Below are positions 11,766 through 23,895 of a stretch of 64,000 nt of DNA, one piece after another. Source of the stretch: Mobula hypostoma (lineage: Eukaryota); the NCBI RefSeq assembly GCF_963921235.1, contig NC_086097.1:201998001-202062000 (forward strand). Direction: 5' to 3'. The position numbers and the translations under genes are program-made. The notes under the pieces were generated by a model, which saw only the letters and a program-made list of their open reading frames with translations, ran no database searches and was not told the DNA's origin. Within the stretch, counting starts at the first letter, position 1. Each line of letters opens with the position of its first letter.

Positions 11766-12845
11766 CAAAGTCAAATGCAAAGTAAAACATATTATCAGAC
11801 TACATATATGCCACCGTATACAACCTTGAGATTCTTCTTCCAGGCCATAATGCAGCCTGTTAATACATTTTCCACCATGCATCTATAGAAGTTTGTCAAG
11901 GTTTTTGATGACATGCTGAATCTCCAGACTCCTTGGGAAGTAGAGGCGCTGTCGTGCGTGCTTTCTTTACAATTACATTTATATGATGGGTCCAGGACAG
12001 ATCCTCAGAGACTGTGACACCCAGGAACTTAAAGTTACTGATCCTCTCCACTTCCGATCCTCCAGTGAGCACTGGCTCATGGACCTCTGGTTTCCTTCTC
12101 CTGAAGTCTACAATTAATCTCTTGGTCTTATTGACATTGAGTGTGAGGTTGTTGTTATAACACCACTCAGCCAAGTTTTTAATCTCCCTCCTATATGCTG
12201 ATTCATCACCTCCTTTGATACAGCCTACAACAGAGGTGTCATCAGCGAACTTGTATGTGGAGTTGGAGCTGTACTAAGCCACACAGTCATAGGTGTTAAG
12301 GAAGTAGAGCAGGGGGCTAAGCACACATCGCTGCAGTGCTCCGGTGCTAATGGAGAGTGTGGAGGAGAGATTTTTACCAATCCAAACTAACTGAGGTCTG
12401 CAAGTGGGGAAATCCAGGATCCAATTGCACAAGGAAGTATTGAGGACCAGCTTTTAGAGTTTACTGATTAGTTTTGAGGGGATGATGGCATTAAATGCTG
12501 AGCTGTAATCAATAAAGATCATCGTGATGTATGCATCTTTAATGTCCAGATGTTCCAGGGTTATGTGAAGAGCCAATGAGATGGTATCTGCTGTGGACTA
12601 TTGCTTTGGTAGGCAAACTGGAGCGGATCCAAGTTGCCATTCAGACAGGAGCAGATATGTTTCAACTCCAGCCTCTCAATGGATCTAAGTGCCACTAGGC
12701 GATAGTCACTGAGGCAGGTTGCCATGCTCTTCTTGGGCACGGCTATGATTGAAACCTGCCTGAAGCAGGTGGGTACCCCACATTGCCAGAGAAACAGGTT
12801 AAAGATCTCAGTGAATACTTCAGCTAGTTGATCAGCACAAGTCTT
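11766..12845 (-). mobile_element. Rex1/Babar LINE RT region with an internal 3' deletion
   Basis: ORF 11896-12174 contains WCYNNNLTLNVNKTKRLIVDFRR. The 3'UTR is fused directly to ORF sequence at ~11840. Confidence 0.85.
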
Positions 12846-13099
12846 TATGTTTTTTTGTGGTCGTAATGTTGCGTTAATACAGCAACAATGTGACCACTTT
12901 GCATGAAAATTGAGGGTTTTTTATTCTAATTGCATTAGTTATTGTATACTCGCATGTAATTTATGTTCAATTTGTGTTTTTCTTGTGAATATTGTTTCTC
13001 TAATGCTATCTGCCTATTATACTACTGCAATAAGCTTTTCAATGCAATTATGCATATGTGTACTTGTACATATGACAAAAAACTCAACTTCACATTAAT

Positions 13100-13900
13100 G
13101 AAATTTATCAGAAAGCATAAAGAGACACATTTAGTCAGAAAGTTGATGTTGAAATATATAGACAAGGCAAAATGCTTCTAAATGGTATGTAGAAACACAG
13201 GAATCTGGATGCATAGATAGATTAGTCCTTGAAAGTGATCGGGATCATTGGCTGAGCATAAGAAGTCCAGGGATTCATACAGGCAGAGAGTAAATAAAAA
13301 ATTCTATTGGACCAACATAGTGATGTTAGACTACTATTAGAGTATTGTTTCCAATCTTGGTTTCCTCACACCAGAGAAGATGAGAGATAGAGAGCATGCT
13401 AAGAAATATTTACCAGAATGTTTACTGGACTAGGGGATTTCAAATTAAAGAGGCCACAGTTTTTTTAAGATTATGAGAACACTCAGTCCTCTTTTATTGC
13501 TATTTAGAAATGCATACATGCATTAAGAAATGATACAATATTTCTCCGGAGTGATATCATTTGTTCTCCTTAGGGGGAAAAAAAGGAAATTTGTTGGAGG
13601 TATCCAATATCATGACTAGTTTACATCTGTAGTCAGAGGAAAACTGTTCCCATTAGCCAATGGTTCAAGGGCAAGGGGAGCGGTACACAGATATGAGCTA
13701 AAGTTACCAGGGGCAAATGAGGAAAATGCATTTTAATGTGCAAGATGTAATAACCCACAATTTGCTACTCACAGGGGTAATGAAAACAAAATTAAACAGG
13801 ATCTTCAAAGGGGAATTGGTTGGCATTCATGGGAAAATAATTTGCAAGGCTTTGGAAAAAGAGCAGAGAAATGGGATAACAAGAAGCTACTTGATGGAAA
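13100..13900 (+). mobile_element. Old CR1 LINE 3' remnant with a small retro-insertion (~13466-13558)
   Basis: Degenerate gtattgtttccaatcttgg...tttaccagaatg (YCVQFW...FTRM-like) sequence. Confidence 0.55.
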
Positions 13901-14421
13901 CTTTCTGTGCCATGCCAATCAACTTTGTTTAGTTTCAAGGAATTTATTTAGCAATGATAATGCTTCAGTGCACTGTTAACAACTGATCTACACTTTATAC
14001 AGCAAAGCATAACATATCTAATATATTTTCAGTGAGAAAAGTTCTCCCCTCAGTTAACAGAACTCTTTTGATAAAAATAGGGCAAGTTGCATAATACATC
14101 GTGGAGGAGCAAGAAATCACCAAAGACACGTTGTATATCTCCATACTTAAGTTTGCATCTTTCAAATATCAACATATATTATCATCATATTATGAAACTT
14201 ACAACATTTTGATAGTTTTGCCATGATTACATACAAAACACAAAATCCAGGCTTTTAGAAACTCAGTCCAATCATCCATTCTTTACAGAATGGTAGAAGT
14301 TTAAATAATATGTACCTATTGAAGTTAAGTTTCCAGCTTGGAGCAGAAAAACAGATGGCAGGAAGTTCAACTGCAATTTGCCTTTTTACCTCAAGGAACT
14401 TCGTTCACAGCTAATTACTTA

Positions 14422-14752
14422 CCATCATCAGCATCATTTTGTGCCATGTCATATCACGCAGGGAATCATGGTGTCATGATCATGGTTGTTCTTGACAAAT
14501 GTTCTACAGAAGTAGTTTGCCATTAAGTGTCTTTACAAGACTGGTGACCCCAGCCATTATCAATAAGTACTCTTCAGAGATTGTCTACCTCATGCCAGTG
14601 ATCACATATTCATGACTTCACATGGCCCTGACTGGTGAGCGGGGGAGCTAAGCAGGTGCCATATCTTGCCCAAGGGTGACCGACATGCTTACGGAGGGAA
14701 GGTACACCTTATACCTCCTTTAGTAGAGACTTATCTCTACTTCACTACCCAA
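14422..14752 (-). mobile_element. Short RTE-related non-autonomous element
   Basis: Has a (GAT)n-like tail and the motif gaagtagtttgccatt, typical of RTE/BovB-related ends. Assigned from recall. Confidence 0.5.
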
Positions 14753-15248
14753 ATTACTTACTAGACATTTTTAAAAACTCCAGATCATTACTTACACATC
14801 CTTCCTGCACCAACCAGAGAAAAGAACAATCATTAGAAAAGAGCACTGAAAAATTAGAAATAGAATTGACAATAAACTTTAAAGTAATAACCACAAAGAA
14901 AAAACAATCTGTTTCCATAATAGCTTCCTGTGTTCGAATCAATATCGTCTTCTTCCAGAGTAGATTGAAAATGGTGTAACCCACTCACAAAAGCTCCAAA
15001 TATGTGATCAGATTTTTTTTCAAAAGTACATACTGTACTTTATAAGATGTGAGCAATAGAAAGCAGCTTTCCAGCACTTCTGTCAAAATTCTGGTCGCAG
15101 AGCAAGACCAACTGCAAAGGAATTCCCAGCCCATGGGTCTATCTCATTTATCAGTAAAAACTGGCAGCCACTTTTTATGTGCAATATATTCCCTCATACT
15201 GCTTTACCCGTGAAATACAGAATACACAGTAAAATCAAACTCTTTTCG

Positions 15249-17065
15249 GAATCAGTATCAGATATAATATCACTAGCATATGTTGTGAGATTTGTGCTTT
15301 TGCGACAGCAGTACAGTACAATAAATAATAAAAAACTATAAATTACAAAAATAATATATGAATATAAATAAATAAAATGAAAAAAGTAGTGCTAAAAGGG
15401 AGCAAAACAAAATAGTGTGGTAGTGTACAGTACATGGATCCGTTCGGAAATCTGACGGCAGAGGGGAAGAAGCTGTTCCAAAAGCATTGAGAGATAAATC
15501 TGTGGCATACAAGACCAGTAATTCAGAACTGTACAATTTATGGAAGGCTATTTTAAGAACGAAAAAACAATTCCGATTGAAGTTAGAGACGGATTCGTAT
15601 GCATGTCAGCACTGGCAGGGTTTGCAGGTCATTACTTCCTACAAGGCGAAACTTAACATCATGAATGGCTGTGACATTTCACTCCCAGATGAGCTCAACG
15701 CCTTTTATGCATGTTTGAAAGGGAGAATTTAACTACAACTGTGTGAATTCCTGCAGCATCTGGTAACCCTGTGATCTCTGTCTTGGAGACCAACATCAGA
15801 ACGTCTTTCAGGAGGGTGAACCCTCACAAGCCATCAGTCCCTGATGATGTTCCTGGTAGGGCATCGAAAACCTGTGCCAACCAACTGGCAGGAGTGTCCA
15901 AGGACATCTTCAGTCTCTGACTGCTGCAGTCAGAGGTTGCCACCAGCTTCAAAAGGGTGACAATCATACCAGTGTCCACAAAGAACAGGGTGAGCAGCCT
16001 CAATGACAATCACTCAGATGCATTCACATCTACAGTAATGAAATGCTTCGAGAAGTTGGTCAGGGCGAGAATCAAGGACTTGGACCCACTGCAATTTAGT
16101 TATTGCCACAATAGGTCTATCTCACTGGCTCTGCACTCGGCCTTGGATCACCTGTACAATAGCAATACCTATGTCAGGCTGCTTTATTTTGATAACTGCT
16201 TATTGTTCAACACCATCATAACCTCAATACTCATCAACAAGCTCCAAAACCTGGCCTCTGTACCTCCCTCTGCAAATGGATCCTTGACTTTCTCATCAGG
16301 AAACCACAGTCAGTGTGGATGGGAAATAACATCTCCTCCTCACTGAAAATTAACACAGGCACACTCAAGGATGTGTGCTTAGCCCACTGCTCTACGCACT
16401 CTCCACCCACAATTGTGTAGCTAGGCACAGCTCAATGCTATCTATAAATTTGCCAATGACAGCTATTGTTGGCAGAATTTCAGATCGTGACAAGAAAGCT
16501 TACAGGAGTGAGTTAGATGAGCTGGATGAGTGGTGCCGCAATAACAACCTTGCACTCAACATCAATAAGACCAAGGAGTCCATTGTAGACTTCAGGAAGG
16601 GCAAGTCGACAGAACACACATCAGTCCTTCACAAGGGATCAGCAGTGGAAAGGGTGAGCAGATTCATGTTCCTGGGTGTCAACGTCTCTGAGGATCTATC
16701 CTGGGCCCAATATATTGATGCAATTACAAAGAAGGCACAACAGCAGCTATATTTCATTAGCAGTTTGAAGAGACTTGGTACATCACTAAAAACTCTTGCA
16801 AATTTCTACAGATGTACCGTGGACAGCATTCTAACTAGACTGGTATGCATCACCATCTGGTATGGACAGGCCACTGCTCAGGATCAGAAAAATCTGCAGA
16901 AAGTTGCAAACTCAGCCAGCTCCATCATGGGCACTTGTCTCCCAAACAACAAGGACGACTTCAAAAGGCAATGCCTCAAAAAGATGGCATTCATCACTAA
17001 GGACCCCAAAACCCAGAATATGTCCTCTTCTCATTGCTACCATCAAGGAAGAGGTACAGGAACCT
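15249..17065. mobile_element. Rex1/Babar LINE with inverted body: 3' end on minus (15249-~15482), RT body on plus (~15490-17065)
   Basis: The plus ORFs from 15487 to 17277 are Rex1 RT fragments, ending at ggaagaggtacaggaacct (GRRYRN). The minus part begins at NSFFPSAVRF and runs into the 3'UTR and tail. Confidence 0.85.
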
Positions 17066-17309
17066 ACTTCACTAACAGCAAGTTAGGAACTATGAAGAAT
17101 TTGAAGGTATCAACAATCATCTTGAATGCTACAATCAAAATAAGTATTTGGAGGACGCAGTCATCAATATATGAAGGAAGTCCATTATCTATACGTGATA
17201 TCTGCACTGATTTTGTTCATTTGCAGTTAATGAGAAGAATGCACCAGCTTACACCGTATGAATTCCTTTGTCAATAATTATTAGGAACTAACACACAGAT
17301 TTATAGATT

Positions 17310-17695
17310 TATGACGGAGTGTAGGTGCGCAGCGAAGTGGTCTCAATCTACGTCAGATCTCACTAACATATAGGAGGCCACACCAGACACAGTATATGAC
17401 CCCAACAGACTCATAGGTGAAGTGTTGCCTCACCTGGAAGGACTGTTTAGGACCCTGAATGATAGTGAGAGAGGAGGTGTAGCACTTTTCTGCTTGCAAG
17501 GATAAGTGTCAGAGGGAGATCCATGGGGAGGGACGAATGGACAAGGAAGTCGCATAGGGAGTGATCCCCGCAAAATGCAGAAAGTGGGGGGGGGAGGGAA
17601 AGATGTTCTTAGTGGTGGGATGCCATTGGAAATAGTGGAAGTTTTGGAGAATTATGTGCTGAATGCGGAGGCTGGTGGGGTGATAGGTGAAGATA
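17310..17695 (-). mobile_element. Penelope-like fragment
   Basis: ORF 17509-17703 reads TYHPTSLRIQHIILQNFHYFQ..PTTKNIF, homologous to 9800-10100. Confidence 0.8.
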
Positions 17696-18115
17696 CATCT
17701 CAAATTTCCTCCTCAGGATTTCAAACCCACTATATTAATTTAGGTTGTAAGTAGCCAAACAATGCTTTTCCCCTGAAATCATACACCAGCAACATACGTC
17801 TGCCTAGAAAGTAACTTCCATCCAACAAAAATTTTGTACTGTAAGTTACATCAGTGTATTGCACACTGCCTCTGAAATTAATTCCATTGACTATTCATTG
17901 GGGAAAAGGCTGTGAACAAAGCCACTCAAGCTAATTACTTTTGCTCATCTTCATTCATACCGGTGGATAGTCACTGACTTAAGCAACTGTTACCCTATTA
18001 ACATGCCTGCTCCTCCAATAGCACAAAAAGTGAATTGGTCGAAATTAATGGTGTAATCTTCAATCAAGGTGAATTTGCTTAAGTTGTATATTTAACTCAA
18101 ATATGTTCCATACAT

Positions 18116-18370
18116 GGGGTGGCATGGCAGGGAGCAGTTAGCGTAACACTATTACAGGGCCAGCAGCCCAGGTTCAATTGCTCCACTGGTTAAGGTTGTA
18201 CGCTGTCCCCGTAACAATGTGGCTTTCCTCTTGGTGCTCCAGCTTCCTCCCACACTCCAAAGGCGTATGGGTTAGCAGGTCAATTAGTCACATGGGTGTA
18301 ATTGGATGGTGTGAGCTCATTGGGCTGGAAGGCCCTGCAACCATGCTATATCTCTAAATAAAAATAAAAT
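18116..18370 (+). mobile_element. V-SINE (tRNA-derived)
   Basis: A/B-box-like head (ggttcaatt), V-domain motif tccccgt...tttcctc..ggtgctccagcttcctcccacactccaaag, and an A-rich tail. Confidence 0.75.
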
Positions 18371-18837
18371 TAACAAAAACACCATTTTTTAAGTATTGGT
18401 TTCGATCAATTTGGAGTTGTGTTTGGCCAAGATACAATTTACTAAGTTGGATGAGTGATGATCCTGCCAGGATCTAAGTTATCAGAATGAGACCAACTGA
18501 AATGAAGTAATGCCACATAATTTAAGCAACGTAAAAGAGAGTTTTTTTTTAAACTATCAAATTAAAACAATCTTGATAAGTTGTTTTCTTGAGAGCTGAG
18601 CATTGCTTTAATTTCATGTCTGGGTTATGATTTTTCTGTCCCGTGGACTTATTTCATTAAATGTTCCTAAAGTAGGCTCACCAATGCCAAATATAATTAA
18701 ACCAAAATCACCCTACTTTTAAAATTCAATTCCCCTACACAATAAAAATATTCCGCGAACTTCCCCAATTATTTGTAAAACTTGCACATTAGCTTTTTGC
18801 GAATCATGTATCCCAGACACCCAGATCCCTCTGCAAA

Positions 18838-21800
18838 GAATAGAGTCATAGAAGACTACAGCACAAAACCAGGCCCTTTGGCTCATCTGGTCTGTGCTGA
18901 ACCAGTAATCTGCCTACTCCTATGGGCCTGCACCCAGACCAAAGCTTTCCACACCCCTCCCATCCATGTACCTATCCAAATTTCACTTAAAACATTGAAA
19001 TCGACCACATACCATTCTGTCCCACGACCTCACTTCGGAAAATCGAACCATCAGGCCGTACTCCTCCTCCCGGCTTACAAACAGAAACTGAAGCGGGAGG
19101 ACACGGTGTCAAAAGTAGTGTCGCGTTGGACGGAGGAAACGGATGAGGTACTCCGTGACTGCTTTGAATCAGTGGACTGGTTAGTATTCAAAGACTCGGC
19201 AGCTAATCTCGATGAGTATGCCTCAACTGTCATGGACCTTATTTGGAAATGCACAGAGGACTGTGTGTCTCGCAAGACGATCTGGGTATTCCCTAACCGG
19301 AAACTTTGGATGAATTATGAGGTCAAGTCCCTTTTGAAGGCAAGAGGTGCAGCTTTTAGGTCCGGGGATACCAGTCGCTACACCGAATCCAGGCGTGAGC
19401 TCCGGAAAGCCATTAAGGGCGCCAAAAGGCAATATCAAGCCAAGTTGGAAGCTCAGGCTAACTAGAGGGATGCCGGTAGACTATGGCAGGGTCTAAATGA
19501 GATCACTGGGCGCAAAGAAAAGGCTGGGAATATCAATAACTGTGGCGCTTCTCTTCCCAACGAACTTAACATATTCTACGCAAGATTCGAACAGAAGAGG
19601 AGCGTCCCGCTCCCTCCGGTTGAACCGGACCTGGTGGCATCGAAATTCATCATCACCAAGGAGGACGTTAGAAAGGCCTTCCTGAAGATAAATCCAAGGA
19701 AGGCAATGGGCCCAGATGGCGTCCCGGGACGGGTTCTCCAGGCCTGTGCAAGCGAACAAGCTGGAGTGTTTGCTGACATCTTTAACTGCTCCTTGCTTCA
19801 GTCTAAGATCTCCTCGTGTTTTAAGGTGGTAACGATAATCCTGGTGCCGAAGAAGAGCAAGGTGGCATGCCTGAATCACTATCGACCTGTGGCTCTGACC
19901 TCAATTGCTATGAAGTGCTTCGAGCGATTGGCTATGGCACACATCAACCACAGCCTACCGGTCAACCTCGACGCTTTGCAATTCGCCTACCGGAGCAACA
20001 GGTTAATAGCAGATGCCATCTCTCTGGCCCTACATTCCTCCTTAGAACACCTGGAGAATAAAGACCCATACGTAAGGCTCCTTTTCATTGACTACAGCTC
20101 TGCCTTTAATACCATTATTCCAAATAAACTGATGCCTAAGCTCCGGAACCTGGGCCTTAGCACTCAGATCTGTAGCTGGATCTTCAACTTCCTCACAGAC
20201 AGGACCCAGGCTGTAAAAATAGGGGACAAGCTCTCCTCTACAATCACTCTAAGCACCGGTGCCCCACAAGGCTGTGTACTCAGCCCCCTGCTGTACTCAC
20301 TGTACACCCATGATTGTGCAGGCAAGTTTCCAACAAACTCAATATATAAGTTTGCTGACAACACAGCAATTGTAGACCGTATCGCGGGTAATGATGAGTT
20401 TGAGTTCAGAGAGGAAATTAAGAATCTGGTGGCATGGTGCGAAGACAATAACCTATCCCTCAACGTCAGCAAAACGAAGGAATTGGTTGTTGACTTCAGA
20501 AGGAGTAGCGGACCGCACGACCCAATTTACATCGGTGGTGCGCAAGTGGAACAGGTCAAAAGCTTTAAGTTCCTCGGGGTCAATATCACAAATGACCTGA
20601 CTTGGTCCAACCAAGCAGAGTCCACTGCCAAGAAGGCCCACCAGCGCCTTTACTTCCTGAGAAAACTTAAGAAATTTGGCCTGTCCCCTAAAACCCTCAC
20701 TAATTTTTATAGATGCACCGTAGAAAGCATTCTTCTAGGGTGCATCACAACCTGGTATGGAAGTTGTCCTGTCCAAGACCAGAAGAAGCTGCAGAAGATC
20801 GTGAACATGGTGCAGCACATCACACAAACCAATCTTCCGTCCTTGGACTCACTTTACACCGCACGCTGTCAGAGCAGTGCTGCCAGGATAATCAAGGACA
20901 CGACCCACCCAACCAACACACTTTTCATCCCTCTTCCCTCCGGGAGAAGGCTCAGGAGCTTGAAGACTCGTATGGCCAGATTTGGGAACAGCTTCTTTCC
21001 AACTGTGATAAGACTGCTGAACGGATCCTGACCCAGATCTGGGCCGTACCCTCCAAATATCCGGACCTGCCTCCCATTTTTTTTTTTGCACTACCTTACT
21101 TTCCCTTTTCTATTTTCTATTTATGATTTATAATTTAAATTTTTAATATTTACTATCGATTTGTACTCCAGGGAGCGGGAAGCGCAAAATCAAATATCAC
21201 TGTGATGATTATACGTTCTAGTATCAATTCTTTGGCGACAATAAAGTATAAAGTATCCACCACTTGCACTGGCAGCTCATTCCACACTGTCACTACCCTC
21301 TGAGTGAAGATGTTCCCCCTCATGTTCCCCTTAAACATATCACCTTTCACCCTTAGCCCATGAACTCTAACTGTAGTCTCACTCAATCTCATTGGAAAAA
21401 GCCTGCATGCATTTACCCTATCTATACCCCTCATAATGTTGTATACCTCTATCAAATCTCCCCTCATTTTCCTAAGCTCTAGGGAATAAATTCCTAACCC
21501 ATTCAACCTTTCCCTACAACTCAGGATCTCAAGTTCTAGCAACATCCTGGTAAATTTTTTTCTGCGCTCATTCAATCTTATTTACATCTTTCCTTTGGTT
21601 AAGTGACCAAAACTAAACATAATGCTCCTAATTAGGCCTCACCAATATTTTATACAATTTCAAAGTAAAATCCCATCTCTTCTACTCAATACATTGATCT
21701 ATGAAGCCAATATGCTGAAAGCTTTCTTTATGACCCTATCTACTCATGACACCACTTTCAAGGAATTAATGGATCTGTATTCCCAGATCCCTGTGTTCTA

Positions 21801-22135
21801 CCACACTCTTCAGTGTACTACCACACACCATGGCAGACTTACCCTGGCTGGTCCTTCCAAAGTACAACACCTCACACCTGCCTGCATTAAGTTTTGAAGC
21901 CCAGATTTCCAGCTGGTCCAGATCCTGCTTTGACATTCTGCCTTACTATCCACTACACCCGAATCTTGGTATCATATGCAAATTTACTGATTGGCATACA
22001 GATCATTGATACAGACGACAAACAACAACGGACGCAGCAGTGATCCCTGTGGCAAAACCTCCAGTCAGAGAGAGAACCATCTACAACCACTCTCTGGCTT
22101 CTTCCACGAAGGCCATGTCTAATCCAATTTACTAC
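18838..22135 (-). mobile_element. CR1 LINE 3' region, split by the Rex1 insertion at 19008-21252
   Basis: The 3' tail is at ~18840-18855. The element resumes at ~21253 with ORF 21153-21575 (FTRM..LRKMRGDLIEVYNIMRGIDRV..WNELP). Confidence 0.85.
19008..21252 (+). mobile_element. Young 5'-truncated Rex1/Babar LINE; near-intact EN-end/RT ORF, inactive
   Basis: ORFs 18782-19465 and 19634-21031 share one frame and are separated by a single TAG (19463-19465). RT motifs include YRPVALT, QFAYR, DYSSAFNTI and GAPQGCVLSP. The catalytic motif reads FADN. The tail is (TATAAAG)n. Confidence 0.95.
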
Positions 22136-23010
22136 TGTTGTGTATTTAATATTTCAGTAATATTTGAGTAATATTGTAATTATGTTGTTTTTTAAGCATT
22201 CTTGTTTGTTTAAATATGCATTATAGGTTACCTATTAAAGTATGTAAATGCAGACATCCCACCTCTCCTGGAAGTTCCAGGAGTCTCCCGCATAATGATA
22301 GCAGCTCCCTGATGCCCGGAAATTATATACAATATCCCGCAAATCGATTTTTTTGAGAAGGATAGCGAGAGCGAGCATCCTGATTGGTCTCTCTTCGTGC
22401 TAAGTAGACCTATCAGTTTTCTCTGTGGGCGGGCTTTACAGTCGACCTCAAAAATAATGACAGTGTTGCTCGCTGCACTGTTTGCAGCAGTGACTTTTCC
22501 ATTGCCCATGGTGGGTTAAAATGTAAAAGACATGTTGAGGTGAGTTTAACAGGTGTCATTCGTTCATTAGCGTAGCTAACATTATTAAAACAAGCTGGCT
22601 GGCTGCTAACGAGCTACTCTATTGATGTCCTACGTGATGACGCCAAACTCCCTGTAGACTTGCTTAAAGTTGTAAGAGAATAAACGTGATAATATAATAT
22701 AATATATGTACATATTTTAATGTCACATTTTCTGCATATATCCAATTTGGTTTACAGATTAGACAAAACTATTAAACGAAGTATTACATACACCCTTGGA
22801 GGTCGACGGTGGGTGGAGGGGATATGGGGTTGTTGGGGGCGGGGGTGCTACCACCTGAAATGGTGGTGCTACCTCCCTGAAATGAGTTCTTGCAGGGTGG
22901 GATGTCTGTAAGTGGCATATGTCATCACACCACTATGCCACATATGTGTGTGCCTCGCCTAAAGTAAAAATGAAAGTAAGTTGTTACTCCCAGATCTGTG
23001 TTCTTATTTC
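22136..23010. mobile_element. LTR-like AT-rich insertion
   Basis: Begins TGTTG and interrupts CR1 sequence. No clear CA end or TSD was found. Confidence 0.4.
22251..22908. mobile_element. Non-autonomous TIR DNA transposon (MITE-like, 658 bp)
   Basis: Perfect 13-bp TIR CAGACATCCCACC / GGTGGGATGTCTG. The flanks are TAAATG and TAAGTG. Confidence 0.85.
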
Positions 23011-23019
23011 AGTTAGATT

Positions 23020-23370
23020 TATATTTTGGCCAATAATTTCCTGGATTATTCTTGGAGCCTTTTTTAAACAATGGAAGAATATTAGCTATCCTCCAATCCT
23101 CCAGCACCTCACCCGTGGCTAAGGATCTTGTAAACACCTCTTCCTCTGTAATCAGTATAGGATCCATGACCTTGCTGCTACATTGCCTCATATCTACCTC
23201 CAGAGTAAATATAAATGACAAAAAAATGATTTAAGATCTCTCCCACCTCTTTCACCTCTGTGCACATATTTCCATTCTGATCTTCCAGAGGATCAATTTT
23301 GTCCCTCGCGATGTTTTGCTCTTAATATAGGATTCGCATTCACCTTGTCTACTAGACCATCTCAGAACTC
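23020..23370 (-). mobile_element. CR1 RT N-terminal fragment
   Basis: ORF 23009-23221 contains EDWRIANILPLFKKGSKNNPGNY. Confidence 0.85.
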
Positions 23371-23769
23371 TGCAATTTCTCATCACTTGGATAACTTCCC
23401 TATGTACATTTCCTGCCAAAATTCAAAATGTTACATTTTTCCACATTATGTTCTATTTGCCACAATTATGCCTGCTCAACTAACCTATATCCCTTTGTAA
23501 CCTTCAAATACCCTCTACAGAGTTTACTTTCCTTCCTTTCTATGTGTGGGCAAGTTAAACAGTCATGCCCTAATCATTTATATAAATTATAAAAAATTTG
23601 AGGTCAAATCAATGATCACTTTAGCAGTTTATATCCTGTACAATTAGTCTTCCTCATCTCATTCAGATCAACAATTAAAATAATCAGTAAGAACAATGTA
23701 AAAGAATCAGAGTTACACAGATTGAAGTTAGGAAAGGTATCAGAGGTCTCCCTCAGGGTAAGAATTTAA

Positions 23770-23895
23770 GCCATGAGTTCTGACAAAGGGTCTTCAAGTT
23801 GAAACATTAACTCTGTCCAGAGATGCTGCCTAAGATGCAAAGTGCCTCTAACATTTTCTGATTTTATTTCCAATCTCCTGCATCTGCAGTTTTTT
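23770..23895 (+). mobile_element. Penelope-derived terminal fragment
   Basis: ctgacaaagggtct...gaaacattaac...gatgctgcc...catctgcag, similar to 10580-10695. Confidence 0.55.

Noticed and set aside
10741..12845. A third twin-priming inversion
   Set aside because: The two Rex1 pieces overlap the same RT region and lie tail to tail, so they are independent insertions.
16375..17277. 300-aa ORF as a chimeric protein
   Set aside because: It is a frameshifted LINE RT running by chance into flanking DNA.
19634..21031. 465-aa RT ORF as a host gene or novel RT system
   Set aside because: It is an ordinary 5'-truncated Rex1/Babar LINE with an upstream in-frame stop, an FADN motif and a LINE tail.
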